A stretch of 64,000 nucleotides of DNA from an uncultured candidate division Zixibacteria bacterium. GTDB taxonomy: Bacteria > Zixibacteria > MSB-5A5 > GN15 > FEB-12. Positions 36,516-47,134 of the stretch are shown piece by piece. The position numbers were made by a program, and so were the translations under genes. Under the pieces are notes generated by a model that was given only the letters and a program-made list of their open reading frames with translations, was not told the origin of the DNA and made no database searches. Location: NCBI GenBank assembly GCA_963735035.1, contig CAVTJJ010000002.1:64001-128000 (forward strand). The letters are read 5' to 3'. Numbering within the stretch: position 1 is the stretch's first letter; each line of letters opens with the position of its first letter.

Positions 36516-39500
36516 CTACTTCAATAACACCATCTTCTTGCTTTGTGTGAAACTGCCGGCGGTGATACGATAGAAGTAGATGCCCGAACTGACCTGGCGG
36601 CCACCGTCATCCGTGCAATTCCACGTTACCTTATAGCTACCGGCCGTTTGATCCTCGTCCACCAAAGTGCGCACCGTTTGACCGAGGACGTTGAAGATCT
36701 GTATTTCTACGCGGGATTGAGCTGGCACACTGTAATCAATGGTCGTCGTCGGATTGAACGGGTTGGGGTAGTTCTGGCCGAGCACAAATTCAGTCGGGAG
36801 CGTTGCGTCGTTCGAAGTCTCATCCGGTTTATAGACTACGTTTGGCGTAGACAACGGTATAACCCCGGCTGGAATCATGATTCTCTGGTGGATTCGCCCG
36901 ATATTGGTCACTAACGCGGCGTCGACGGTCACAGCCTGGAACCGGTCGGCGAAATACCTGAGAGCCTGCGTGGCCGTAGCGCCGTCAGTCGAAACAATTG
37001 CAAGCTGGCTTAGCCGCGTGGCACCTACGTTCAGCAGGTCCGCCAGCAAGTACTTCCGTCCCAAATGCAGCGTACTGTTGTCGACCAGAACATTCCACTG
37101 ATACAACACGTCATTCAGAGTCATCGCCCGGGCGGGTGACCCTGTATAGGTGATATTGAGAATACGTATCTGGAGACCGTCGTTACGGTTGTAGTAGGCG
37201 TCGAAGATCGCCTGGAGGTAGCCGTCTATCTGGGCGCGAGTCATGTGATAATCACTCGCAGCGCCGGTGCTAATGGCCACGATCTCCCGCTTCCAGGTCC
37301 AGAAGTCTATGATGCCTGACATGTTGGTGAGGCTGAGTACGAAGTCAACCACGAGGTCAGTACCAGCCACGGTGATCGGCACCAATTCGGCTGATACCGC
37401 AGCGAAGCCTATCGGAAGCTCAACCCTGACTGTGTACGAGCCCGGCAGGACTCCCGTTATCAAGTATTGTCCGTCTTCGGCCGTGATGGCCTGTTTCACG
37501 ACTGCTGAAGCCCCGTTCAACAGTGTCACCTGGACACCATAGAGTCCGGCAATATCGGTCTGAACCGTCCCTCGTATCGAGGCCGTGGCCAGTCCGCTTT
37601 GAATCGTCATTTTCGCCGTGTTGTTGTCCTCGGAGCACTCCGCGAGCACTCCCGCCGGATCAACTACCGCGTAGATATCCCTCGGCAAGGGTCCTACGAC
37701 ATAGTTGACTTGTACGGTAGCCGCACTGCCGGCAGCCAGTGAAGGAATAATCTGATCGGTTCCGATCTGTACTCCGCCCGGCAGAGCGCCGTCGAAGAAT
37801 CGCACGACCACGTTTGAGGCCGTAACCGAACCCACCGCGTTATGCACTACTGCAGAGACCGTTACCGTCTGGCCAACCTGCGGCCCTGCTGGGGCCAGGC
37901 TGAGGTCGGCGTCTGCCACATAGAGATCCAGAGGAATGAGGGATACATTGACATCACACTCGGCGGAATCCAACCCCACTTCCGTTGGTCTAACCTTAAT
38001 ATGGAAAGCATAAGTTTTTGCATCGGTTAGATCGAAACACAACTGACCGTCCAACCAGGTGGCCGGAGCCGGTGTCACTATTACCTGGCCGTAATCCTCG
38101 ATGACCAGTGGGACACAAACGTGGGCCGGACTACAGACTTGAACGACTATCGGTCCTGTTGGACAGTCAATCACAGGCGACCGAGTCAACTCGCCAAAAC
38201 CGCCATACATGATGTTCGGCGTGGCCGGATCCACAACCCCGGCCGCAATTATCTGATTCTGATGAATCATGGAGATATTATCAACCAGCGCTGCGTCGAT
38301 CGGGCCGGCGATGAAACGCTCCGACAGATAACGCAGAGCCTTACTGGCCGTGGCGCCGTCGGCGGTAACAATCGCCAGTTGGCTTATCCTCGCCGATACG
38401 ATATTCAGAAGGTCAGCCAGGAGGTATTTCCGTGCTATCGAGGCGCTGCTGTTGTCGGCCAGGACATTCCATTGGTAGATAATGTCGTCGAGCGTCATGG
38501 CCCGCGCCGGATATCCCGTATAGGTGACATACAGCATGCGCGTTTGATGGCCGTCATTGCGTAGATAGTAGGCATTGAATATGGTCTGTAGATATCCGTC
38601 AATCTGGGCGCGGGTCATGCCGTAAGCACCGGCTGCACCAGTACTAATGGCCACAATCTCCCGTTTCCAGCTCCAATAATCGATCACACCCGGCGATACC
38701 GCTAACGTCAGGTCAAGATTCCGGACCACCTCACTCCTGGCCACGGCGACAGTTTGTTCTACCCCACCAATTACGCTGAACCCAATAGGTGACTGAACCA
38801 CCATTCGGTAATTGTCGACCGGCAGGTTGATTAAAGCATAGTACCCGTACTGGTCGCTGATCGCCCTGGCAAAGGGCACTCCGGTCGTACTGTACAGATC
38901 AACATAGACGCCATTCAGACCGATGGCACCGGCTTTGATCAAACCGTGAATGGAGCCTATTGTGCTGGCGGCGCCTGTGAAATTGGCGGTCACAGTCTTG
39001 TTGCTATTCATGACCACGGCCGTAATCGGAGAGGCCGGGTTCTCGACGTCGCCTGTCCACGAAGCAAACGTATATCCAATGGCTGCCGAAGCTGCAACGC
39101 TCACACTGGAGCCCACAAGATAGTGGATAGTGCCGGCGAGTGGACTAGTAGTGCCTCCGGTGGTCGGAGAACTACCAATTGTCATGTCATAAACCAACGT
39201 GGGCACAATCGAGTCGACAGGGACAACAACTTTGGCAAAATAGACATCGAATGGCCCAGTGCCGGAGCGCCATGTAACAGGTATATACGGTGAATTGGCC
39301 GGCACATGAAAGGCGGTATTGGGATCACGCGCATACGCCTGGGTCGATACCTGGTATTCCGCACTCCACGTCAACGTCACTTGTGACCAACGCTTATAAT
39401 ATATTCGCGATGAAGCATCGTCTGCCGACGTCTTACGGCAGTAAAACACATACATATCGTTGCCCCTGACCGTCGTAATCGGATACCAGGCAATACTGCT

Positions 39501-40397
39501 GTTGCTGGCATCAGTGGCTATAATAGTCGTGTGCCAGGCGCCGGTTCCGTTGGCGTAATTCTTCCAGACGTGACGCAAGTTCGTTCCCTGTCCGAAGACC
39601 AGGTGCATGATCGTATCGTTGATCTGGTTGTGGGAAAAGGAACGGTCGTTCACCGGGTTAATTGGATAGATCGAATGATCCGACATCGCCTGGAAACTAA
39701 ATCCGTTCCACAGGTAGTATTCGTAACCTCGAGGATCGTTGAGATAAAGCACTACCAGAACTGGGTTGCCGTTCACATACGGCATGGATCCGATTCTGAC
39801 ATTGAGTGCGCCGGTAGCAACGGCTACTCCCCGGGTCCAGGTCGAGCCGCCGTTGTCGGAATATTGATAGCGCACGTTTTCGGTGGCGCTTCCCCCCAGG
39901 CGCGTAAACACCCAGATTCGGCCGGTGTTCTGCACCATAATACTGGAGCGATGATTCGCCGTGGTACCGCTGAGGTTAACGAGAGCGCCCGCATCCGATA
40001 TGGATTCCGCGGGAGCGTTGAAGTGCCTGAAAGCAATTGCCGAGGTCGAGGGGAAAGTGAAGTACAGATCGTCGCCGGAACCCGATAGCGACAGATGCAT
40101 ATCCAGGTAGCCGTTGATCGTGGTTGTATTGGTACTCCAGGTGGTTCCGGCGTCCTGTGTATAGATTAGATTATTGGAGCGAGAGCCGTTGTTGGCGTAA
40201 CCGATCCACATCTTATTGGGGTCGGTTGGCGACATATACGCCTTCCAGCGCGGAATCCCCAGCGTGGGGCCGTCGGTAGCGGATGATGTGGCTATCCGAA
40301 TCGGCACTGTCAACGAATCTGCGAGGGTGTTGACGGCCATTATCCCAAGTACTACCCCTGCCGTCAGCAACACTCTAATTGAATTTAACTTTCTCAT
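36516..40397 (-). CDS. Large secreted protein: BNR/sialidase-like propeller, InlB-B-like repeat, carboxypeptidase-regulatory-like domains, CARDB, duplicated helical domain, FlgD/T9SS-type CTD
   Basis: Asp-boxes TQDAGTTW and SDNGGSTW; FASWTGD...KTVTANF; VDP...ECSEDNN; LGQNYPNPFNP...KKMVLLK. Confidence 0.82.
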   Translation of the reverse strand: MRKLNSIRVLLTAGVVLGIMAVNTLADSLTVPIRIATSSATDGPTLGIPRWKAYMSPTDPNKMWIGYANNGSRSNNLIYTQDAGTTWSTNTTTINGYLDMHLSLSGSGDDLYFTFPSTSAIAFRHFNAPAESISDAGALVNLSGTTANHRSSIMVQNTGRIWVFTRLGGSATENVRYQYSDNGGSTWTRGVAVATGALNVRIGSMPYVNGNPVLVVLYLNDPRGYEYYLWNGFSFQAMSDHSIYPINPVNDRSFSHNQINDTIMHLVFGQGTNLRHVWKNYANGTGAWHTTIIATDASNSSIAWYPITTVRGNDMYVFYCRKTSADDASSRIYYKRWSQVTLTWSAEYQVSTQAYARDPNTAFHVPANSPYIPVTWRSGTGPFDVYFAKVVVPVDSIVPTLVYDMTIGSSPTTGGTTSPLAGTIHYLVGSSVSVAASAAIGYTFASWTGDVENPASPITAVVMNSNKTVTANFTGAASTIGSIHGLIKAGAIGLNGVYVDLYSTTGVPFARAISDQYGYYALINLPVDNYRMVVQSPIGFSVIGGVEQTVAVARSEVVRNLDLTLAVSPGVIDYWSWKREIVAISTGAAGAYGMTRAQIDGYLQTIFNAYYLRNDGHQTRMLYVTYTGYPARAMTLDDIIYQWNVLADNSSASIARKYLLADLLNIVSARISQLAIVTADGATASKALRYLSERFIAGPIDAALVDNISMIHQNQIIAAGVVDPATPNIMYGGFGELTRSPVIDCPTGPIVVQVCSPAHVCVPLVIEDYGQVIVTPAPATWLDGQLCFDLTDAKTYAFHIKVRPTEVGLDSAECDVNVSLIPLDLYVADADLSLAPAGPQVGQTVTVSAVVHNAVGSVTASNVVVRFFDGALPGGVQIGTDQIIPSLAAGSAATVQVNYVVGPLPRDIYAVVDPAGVLAECSEDNNTAKMTIQSGLATASIRGTVQTDIAGLYGVQVTLLNGASAVVKQAITAEDGQYLITGVLPGSYTVRVELPIGFAAVSAELVPITVAGTDLVVDFVLSLTNMSGIIDFWTWKREIVAISTGAASDYHMTRAQIDGYLQAIFDAYYNRNDGLQIRILNITYTGSPARAMTLNDVLYQWNVLVDNSTLHLGRKYLLADLLNVGATRLSQLAIVSTDGATATQALRYFADRFQAVTVDAALVTNIGRIHQRIMIPAGVIPLSTPNVVYKPDETSNDATLPTEFVLGQNYPNPFNPTTTIDYSVPAQSRVEIQIFNVLGQTVRTLVDEDQTAGSYKVTWNCTDDGGRQVSSGIYFYRITAGSFTQSKKMVLLK

Positions 40398-40483
40398 ATG
40401 ACCTCGATATCACTTATCCGACTGAGCGACTATTGCGACCTTCCTCAATCTTCTCTTGAGTAATTGCAATCGCTCGTTACATG

Positions 40484-41986
40484 TTAATTGCCAATCACCA
40501 TCTTCACTCGATCACCGGACTTGAAACCCGTAGTCGCCTGAGTCTGGTTGATGATCGCTAATGTCTCGAGTTGTATTGAAGATCCTTCTTGCTTAGCCAA
40601 CTCGCCTAATGTTGATGCATTTCTAACGGTGATGATCTTTAGATGCATCGGTTGCATCCTAAGAATATTCTGATCGGTCAAGCGCCGGAACGTTCCCATG
40701 GCGCTGACTATCGCATTTTGATACTCAGCCCAGAGTAAGTCGGTGGTATAGCCGAGCAGTTGGTAGGTATGTCCTTTGTAATCTACAAACGTCGCCTTGC
40801 CCTGCAAGACGCCCTGATCGGTCTGCGCGCGGAATAGTGCTGAAATAGCCGGAAGACCATTGAGATTGCCGGTCTCCTGGTGTTCCGCCTGCAACCCTTG
40901 CTGCCCAAAAAACTCACTGGCTGCCTGTGCTCTGGACGTGCCCTGCGCCAGAGTGATTTGCAACACGGCGTCCTGGTTGGTACTGAGCGCAGCCACAGCT
41001 TCCTTCTGGTTCACCGTCTGCCAGCCTGAAGGGAATACGAAATCGAACTCCAGCTCGGGCTGATAGAAGTGATTGTCGCGAAAGAATCCGTCGCGCGGAT
41101 TCTGGCCGAACACCATGCCATCAATGAGACGCAGATAGCTGTCCTGGTTCACCGACAGGCTACTCATATTCAGGCTGAGCGTATCAATTTCCTTTTGGAA
41201 GGCCTCACTGCGGTTGACCGGGTTAGGATGCGTTTCGAGCCATACGGGTACGCTCCCCCCGCCGCCGGCCTCGCTGACCCGATTCAGCATATCGAACACA
41301 CTGATCATCTGGCGTGGGTCATTCTGCGCTCGCACCATGTAGCGAAACCCCAGATGGTCCGCCTGACTTTCGTCGTCGCGGCTGTATTTTAGATACAGTA
41401 ATCCCAGCCCGGCGTTCAGATACTGACCATAGCGCTGTAGCTTTGGTTCGATCATCATTCCGGCGGTCACTCCCAACTGCGTGACCTGTTGGCTGGAGAT
41501 AGTATGTACCGAGTGCTGCGCTGTTACATGGCCGATCTCGTGTCCCATGACTCCTGCCAGTGCCGCCTCGTTCTCGACGTATGCCATCAGGCCGCGGGTG
41601 ACGTAGATGAAGCCCCCGGGGAGGGCAAACGCGTTAACTGCCGGGTCATCGACTACTCTGAATGTCCACGGTAGAGTGGGGCGTTCGGAGGTTGCGGCGA
41701 GTCTGGCGCCAAGCTTCTGCACGTATTTTTGCAATGCATCATTTGGGTACAGCCCGATACTGGCCACAACCTGTGAATCCGCCTGGCGGCCCATCGCGAT
41801 CTCGCCGGATTCGCTGATTAGATTGAGGTGCTTTTCACCCGTGGCGCGATTCACGGCGCAGCCTCCAAGAGCCACGCCTACCGTCAGCCCAATCAGAGCG
41901 AGCCTCGCAAGGAGACCAAAGCCGCCACGGCTTACATCGGTAGGCACGTGACTGCGGCTTCTCAATAGATTACTGCGTGAGTTCAT
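40484..41986 (-). CDS. M48 family zinc metalloprotease lipoprotein
   Basis: LGGC lipobox, NAFALPGG, HEIGH, YSRDDESQAD, THP. Confidence 0.9.
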   Translation of the reverse strand: MNSRSNLLRSRSHVPTDVSRGGFGLLARLALIGLTVGVALGGCAVNRATGEKHLNLISESGEIAMGRQADSQVVASIGLYPNDALQKYVQKLGARLAATSERPTLPWTFRVVDDPAVNAFALPGGFIYVTRGLMAYVENEAALAGVMGHEIGHVTAQHSVHTISSQQVTQLGVTAGMMIEPKLQRYGQYLNAGLGLLYLKYSRDDESQADHLGFRYMVRAQNDPRQMISVFDMLNRVSEAGGGGSVPVWLETHPNPVNRSEAFQKEIDTLSLNMSSLSVNQDSYLRLIDGMVFGQNPRDGFFRDNHFYQPELEFDFVFPSGWQTVNQKEAVAALSTNQDAVLQITLAQGTSRAQAASEFFGQQGLQAEHQETGNLNGLPAISALFRAQTDQGVLQGKATFVDYKGHTYQLLGYTTDLLWAEYQNAIVSAMGTFRRLTDQNILRMQPMHLKIITVRNASTLGELAKQEGSSIQLETLAIINQTQATTGFKSGDRVKMVIGN

Positions 41987-42028
41987 TCTATCATCCTCCG
42001 ATCAATGTCGCGGGGTAATAGGCTGTAC

Positions 42029-42268
42029 TCATAGGGAGCTCCCGCTTCCGCCGCGCTTCCGCCCAGCGACCATCAGAACGACCCCGAGGACTATCGCAAC
42101 GCTCCCGGCAATCGGTGATAGTGGGATGTGTTTGGTCTCATCGACCTGGACATGCATCGCGCCCATGTCAATGACGTGCTCGGCGGACGTATAGGTTATG
42201 CCACCATAGATGAGCCCCAACGTACCGAGACCGATTAGGATTATGCCGATAATGGTCATGTTCTTCAT
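42029..42268 (-). CDS. Small two-TM membrane protein (DUF3185-like)
   Basis: GAGGAG RBS; GGITYT...IPLSPIAG. Confidence 0.75.
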   Translation of the reverse strand: MKNMTIIGIILIGLGTLGLIYGGITYTSAEHVIDMGAMHVQVDETKHIPLSPIAGSVAIVLGVVLMVAGRKRGGSGSSL

Positions 42269-42296
42269 AGCTACTCCTCTCGTGATGCGGGCGACG

Positions 42297-42446
42297 TCAT
42301 ACTATTCGTCGGCCGGAAATGATCCTGACCAGTACCGCCACAATGGCAAGCACTATCAAGATGTGAATGAAGCCACTTATCGTATAGCCCGTGACTAAAC
42401 CCAGGGCCCATAACAGCAGCAACACTACGGCTATTGTCCACAACAT
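42297..42446 (-). CDS. lmo0937-family small membrane protein, 49 aa (not in ORF track)
   Basis: MLWTIAVVLLLLWALGLVTGYTISGFIHILIVLAIVAVLVRIISGRRIV; AAAGGAGA RBS. Confidence 0.85.
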   Translation of the reverse strand: MLWTIAVVLLLLWALGLVTGYTISGFIHILIVLAIVAVLVRIISGRRIV

Positions 42447-42538
42447 ATGATTCTCCTTTGTATCTGCCCTTGAGTCGCTGCCGATCGGTGCCTGTTTGCA
42501 TCAGCCGGCAGCGCTCCGGCAAGTCGACTGGTCGCCGT

Positions 42539-43309
42539 CTACAAAGACGCAACCGTCATCTGGTTATTTACACTCTTCACACCATGCACATCATTGACGC
42601 GCTTGGTCGCGAGGTCTTTCTCGGCCTGGTTCTTGGCCGAGCCTGTCAAAGTAACGACCCCTTTGTTGGTGGATACTTTGGTATCGAACCCGTCCATCCC
42701 GTGATGATACTGGAGGGACATCCTGACCTGGGTGGTGACGGAAGCGTCATCAACCTTTTCGGCTTTGGTCCTGGCCGGACTGGCCGGTGGTTCGACCACC
42801 GTCATCAGGTTATCTACGGTCTTGACGCCGGAAACATCGCTGGCGTATTCGGTCGTGAGTTGCTTCTGAGCGTCACTGGAGGCCTTGCCCCGGAGGGTCA
42901 CGTTACCATCCTTGACGTCTACTTCGGTGTTGGCGTAGCTCACACTCCGGTGGAACAAGAGTGTACCGCGTACTCTTTCGCTGACCCACGCATCGGAACT
43001 GGCGCTGGCAGGTGCCGCCGTAACGGTGAGCTGGTTGTGTACTATCGTGACACCCGGCAGACCCATCACGGTCTCCTCGGCCATGGACTTGTGAGATTCC
43101 TGGGCGACCGTGCCGCTCAAAGTAACAGCACCGTCAATGGATGCGATCTTGATCGCATCGCCGCTGAGATATGTTTTGAACACATACGAGTTCTTGGCGG
43201 ATTTCTCAATACGATTGTCCATTTGGGAGGCGCTTAGCGGCACAGTGGTCAGCAACAGCAGTGCTGCCGCGGCTAGTGCCGTCAAGTGATGCTGCAATTT
43301 GCTTTTCAT
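42539..43309 (-). CDS. BON domain protein (OsmY-like, three BON domains)
   Basis: Three GxVTLxG...GVxxVxNxL/M repeats; signal peptide. Confidence 0.9.
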   Translation of the reverse strand: MKSKLQHHLTALAAAALLLLTTVPLSASQMDNRIEKSAKNSYVFKTYLSGDAIKIASIDGAVTLSGTVAQESHKSMAEETVMGLPGVTIVHNQLTVTAAPASASSDAWVSERVRGTLLFHRSVSYANTEVDVKDGNVTLRGKASSDAQKQLTTEYASDVSGVKTVDNLMTVVEPPASPARTKAEKVDDASVTTQVRMSLQYHHGMDGFDTKVSTNKGVVTLTGSAKNQAEKDLATKRVNDVHGVKSVNNQMTVASL

Positions 43310-43367
43310 GTTGTTCTTTCCTTTATTGTTCTGCTTAATAGTTGATTGCTTGTAACCGATACATGCC

Positions 43368-43877
43368 CTAATGCCCGAAGGTCCAGCCTACGGTAGCCTT
43401 GAAGTCCGGCGCATCCACCAGACCAAGCTTACCCTCTATGAAGAAATGCCCCGACTGGCTGCCGGCAGATCCCTTACCTATACCAAACTGCATATAGAGC
43501 CCGAGATCGGTCTGGTTGTTGTCGTGCCCATGGTTGTACCAATAGTCATGCTGATAGGAGTAGAATACCGGACCAATGCCGCCGCCCAGATAAGGTGTCC
43601 AGGCGCCCCAATCGGAACGGAAGCGATAGTCAAGCTCGAATGAAGGGGCAATCGTAGTCAAATGATCACCGATGCCAATTTCCAGGTTGGGCAGCATCAT
43701 TAGATTCTCAGCAAGGTCGCCGAAATCGATATGACCACCGAAATGGAACTGATCGGGGTTGACCGTCATCCCGAGTCGCGGTCCCATGCCGTGAAACCCG
43801 GCAGTACGTTGACCGCCAAAGGCCGTGACAGTACCCAACAGGCCTATTATCAATGTTGCGAAGAAAATGCGTCTCAT
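43368..43877 (-). CDS. Small outer membrane beta-barrel protein
   Basis: Signal peptide, PYLGGGIG, C-terminal TVGWTF. Confidence 0.75.
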   Translation of the reverse strand: MRRIFFATLIIGLLGTVTAFGGQRTAGFHGMGPRLGMTVNPDQFHFGGHIDFGDLAENLMMLPNLEIGIGDHLTTIAPSFELDYRFRSDWGAWTPYLGGGIGPVFYSYQHDYWYNHGHDNNQTDLGLYMQFGIGKGSAGSQSGHFFIEGKLGLVDAPDFKATVGWTFGH

Positions 43878-43943
43878 ATGTCAATCCTTTCATAATGCAT
43901 TATGTGCGCCATGCGACGTACCGTACGTCGCGATGGCCTGCCG

Positions 43944-44573
43944 CTATTGCAGCGCTACCTGGGTCGCCTGGCTCGAATAGAACGTGATTTCAGTACCCAC
44001 CCCGTGGAAGATGTCCTGCTTACCGGTGGCAGCGGCCAGACCCGTGCCGGCGGCCGCACCCGCGACGGCGCCGATTTCGGTGCTGCCTTTGCGGTCAACT
44101 ATCTTGCCAATTATGCCGCCAACTATAGCACCGCCGCCGATCATGGCGACTTCGCGGTTGGTATGTGACGCCTTCTTTTCCTGGATCGTCTTGGTAGCCA
44201 CGCTGACCCAGTGTCCGTCTCCGTCCTGAATGGCCGTCAGACTAAAGTCCAATTCGGCCGGGGTTTTGAGTCGGCCGGACTCGACGACTCGGCTTAGCAC
44301 GCCTTTCGCCGCAGCGCCACTCGCGAAGAGGGTGTTGCCGTTTACGATAATGGGACTTGAGAGGGTGGCGCGAAATCCCGCACCGGACCCTTGCACATCA
44401 GTGTCGATCGAATCGACGAGAGTAACCGTAACTGACGTGTTCGCCGGCATCGTTGCATAAGTGATCGCCGGCGCTGCGTTGTTGGCTACCTGTTCGGCCG
44501 TGTTGCCGGTGCCGCAAGACGCGATAAAGAGCGCCAGTGACAGCGAAAGCAACAGGATGATTATTCTGAACAT
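43944..44573 (-). CDS. Lipoprotein with glycine-zipper/TrbI-like region
   Basis: IASC lipobox; IGGGAIVGGIIG...GAVAGAAAGTG. Confidence 0.72.
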   Translation of the reverse strand: MFRIIILLLSLSLALFIASCGTGNTAEQVANNAAPAITYATMPANTSVTVTLVDSIDTDVQGSGAGFRATLSSPIIVNGNTLFASGAAAKGVLSRVVESGRLKTPAELDFSLTAIQDGDGHWVSVATKTIQEKKASHTNREVAMIGGGAIVGGIIGKIVDRKGSTEIGAVAGAAAGTGLAAATGKQDIFHGVGTEITFYSSQATQVALQ

Positions 44574-44619
44574 ATGAACTCCTAACGAAACAAAAAGGTT
44601 AAATTTCACTCTTATCTAA

Positions 44620-45258
44620 TTACCCGACCAAACGACCCATAAGGCTTCTCCGGACTCTGCCATCGGGCCGGTCACACTCAACCACGCAGGTGTCCTCAGT
44701 TATCAGCGATCCCCGCATCAACCTGCGACCCCGATGTAGTTTGGCCTTCGCCTTCTCGACCGTGATGCCTGCAATATCCGCTATCTCCCGGTAAGAGAAC
44801 CCCTCCAACAGAGAAAGAACTACTATCTGCCTCAGGTCCTGGGGTAGATTCCGCACAGCTTGTGAGACGTCGTCATCCGATATCGCCGACAAATCAACGT
44901 GACCGGAGCCGTTCGTAGCATGTTGATTCACCGCTTGTAACGACCGCCCTATGTCGTTCTGCCGGGCAGCGCTGTTTAGCACTATTGAGGGATTCGCAGA
45001 AGATTCGCACCTGACGGCCAGAGCGTTCACCATGATCTTGAAAAGCCATACACGACTGTTGGGGCTGACCTGCTCGTTCAGCCAGGATCGGTATGCCCTT
45101 ACAAACGATATGTTGACTACTTCTCGCGCGTCGCACTCGTTGTCGAGCACGTACCAGGCTACTCGATAGAGGTTGTTTATCTGCGGCAAGGCTTGTGCCT
45201 CGAAATCTGATCTTCTCGCACTGTCGTTCAACATCGATCGTACCTTCTTATTCTTCAC
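44620..45258 (-). CDS. ECF sigma-70 factor
   Basis: LYRVA...RVWLFKIMVN; EGFSYREIADIAGI...KAKLHRGRRLMR. Confidence 0.85.
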   Translation of the reverse strand: MKNKKVRSMLNDSARRSDFEAQALPQINNLYRVAWYVLDNECDAREVVNISFVRAYRSWLNEQVSPNSRVWLFKIMVNALAVRCESSANPSIVLNSAARQNDIGRSLQAVNQHATNGSGHVDLSAISDDDVSQAVRNLPQDLRQIVVLSLLEGFSYREIADIAGITVEKAKAKLHRGRRLMRGSLITEDTCVVECDRPDGRVRRSLMGRLVG

Positions 45259-45429
45259 GGCGACTGAGGTCTCATCGGGATTCAGAGAATTGATGGGTTC
45301 GGGCTACGGTCGAGAATCAGCCGTCTCTTTTGATTCCCATGATCAAGATTGTCGTGTCTTGAAGGTCCTTGCTTCCTGCAAGGGAGAGTTCTCTGCTCGG
45401 TATCAAGTTCGACAACGTGGCGGTCTGAG

Positions 45430-45474
45430 TCAATCCGTCGAAGGATTGGAAAGAGAGCTAGTCCGTTGGAGTGA
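45430..45474 (-). promoter_or_regulatory. 45-bp repeated upstream motif, copy 2
   Basis: TCAATCCGTCGAAGGATTGGAAAGAGAGCTAGTCCGTTGGAGTGA. Confidence 0.6.
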
Positions 45475-45692
45475 GGGTCTAATCATGTCTGATAGGATCG
45501 GCAAGAGCATGACGTAGCAGGGATCCTGTAGGTATACCGGCGACCATGTCTGCTTCCGGCAAGAACGAGCCTGCCCCACCGCAGGATTCATAATTCAAGA
45601 CGCCCGCGAGGTATCGCGGGCGTCCTGGCGCACATGCGCCGAATAGAGAATGCGATTGGCTATTCATTCGCATAGCCGGGATAAATTCGTTG

Positions 45693-46763
45693 TTACGGGG
45701 TCGGTCTCACTATGGTATTGCCGTTTAGTGTTACCGCACCGATACGGGCGAAGGCTCTGCCTTCCAGCGACGCACCGGTATTCAAGGTGATCGACTGGTC
45801 AGCCATAATGGTGCCCTTGAAGACGGAAGTCGTCCCCAGAGTAGCCGAGGTGCCAACCTGCCAGTAGACGTTGGCCGCCTTGGCTCCGCCGCTCAGTATC
45901 ACTTTACGACCTGCGGTGGTAGTAAGTGTGGACGCCATCTGGAATATCCACACCGCGTTGGCGTTGCCCTTGGCGTCGAGCGTCAGGTCACCGGACGAAA
46001 CCGCCAGGCCGGAGGTAGATTTATAGAGACCGGGCGGAAGAGTCATTCCACCAATGTTACCGGCTACACTGACCGGGCCCAGGGTGCGCCCGGCGGCGTT
46101 GTTATAGGCAACTGTCAAGTCGAGCTTGGCCAAAAGCGACGCGGGATCGTCAACATGCTTGGTGCCGACAATTATTCCAGGTGGGAAACCGGTCACCGAT
46201 GAGCCAGGGCTCAAGCCCAGGTCACCTGTGATGTTGGTAGCACCGGTGTTAGTAATTGCCGCTCCGGCCAGGACCACGTAATCGGAAGTCGAAGCAAGTA
46301 CCACCGACAATTGGACAGTGGCCGCGGCCGCGGTCGTAAAGTGCCACACATAGTTACTGGCAAGGGCATTGCCATCACTATCCTTGGCGACGGTCGTAAT
46401 CGTGGCAGTAAAGACAGTGCCTACGACGAGGTCACTTGTAGGGACAAACGACGCACGGTCAGTGGCGGAATTGTACGAGACCGCTCCTGCCACCGCAGTC
46501 ACGCCGGGGCCGCTTACTGTGAACGAAGTCGAGCTGATGGACGAGGCCTGCATCCGCTCGCTGAAGGTTACATTTATGAGCGCCACACCGGTGGCGTTGT
46601 TGATCGGGTTGGTGGATAGCACCGTCGGCGGTGTCTTATCCGTTGATCCACCGGTAGGACCGTTGTCGTTATTGCCGCTGCATCCGACAATTAGCACCGC
46701 GAATAGCAGTGCGGACAACATCGTTGTCCCTAACTTCTTTGTGATATGATTCTGTATGTTCAC
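45693..46763 (-). CDS. Ice-binding-like (DUF3494) lipoprotein with Ig-like Big_5 domain
   Basis: IVGC lipobox; PPTVLSTNP...FSERM; VLAGAAITNTG, TLPPGLY, WIFQ, NVYWQVGTSATLG. Confidence 0.9.
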   Translation of the reverse strand: MNIQNHITKKLGTTMLSALLFAVLIVGCSGNNDNGPTGGSTDKTPPTVLSTNPINNATGVALINVTFSERMQASSISSTSFTVSGPGVTAVAGAVSYNSATDRASFVPTSDLVVGTVFTATITTVAKDSDGNALASNYVWHFTTAAAATVQLSVVLASTSDYVVLAGAAITNTGATNITGDLGLSPGSSVTGFPPGIIVGTKHVDDPASLLAKLDLTVAYNNAAGRTLGPVSVAGNIGGMTLPPGLYKSTSGLAVSSGDLTLDAKGNANAVWIFQMASTLTTTAGRKVILSGGAKAANVYWQVGTSATLGTTSVFKGTIMADQSITLNTGASLEGRAFARIGAVTLNGNTIVRPTP

Positions 46764-47066
46764 TGAGTTACACTCTTTCTTGAATGAGAATTCATCTCAT
46801 TGTTCTTACTGTTTAGTTTCTATAGTTCACGACTGACCAGGCGACTTTAGGATCCCTTCTCACAGTTTCAAGGCAGTATCACAGTTTCTTGTGAAAGTAC
46901 TGCAACACGTCGGTCGCGGCGGCGTTGGAAGTGTCGGCGGATGTAGTCGCCGATAGACTCACTTAACGCTCACGACCTTGAGCGGCTTTTCCCAGATACA
47001 CTACCCTTGGATGGGAGAGGGAGAGTCTTAAGCTCGCTGTCAATCTCGATGTAATTAGCGGCCGGG

Positions 47067-47111
47067 TCAATCGGCCAAAGGATTGGAATGATAGCTAACT
47101 CGTCGGAGCGA
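47067..47111 (-). promoter_or_regulatory. 45-bp repeated upstream motif, copy 3
   Basis: TCAATCGGCCAAAGGATTGGAATGATAGCTAACTCGTCGGAGCGA. Confidence 0.6.
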
Positions 47112-47134
47112 TGAGCTGATCGCGATCATGCATA

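Noticed and set aside
42434..43237. Long antisense ORFs (also 5048-5929 and 16807-17466)
   Set aside because: Shadows of well-supported genes on the opposite strand in GC-rich DNA
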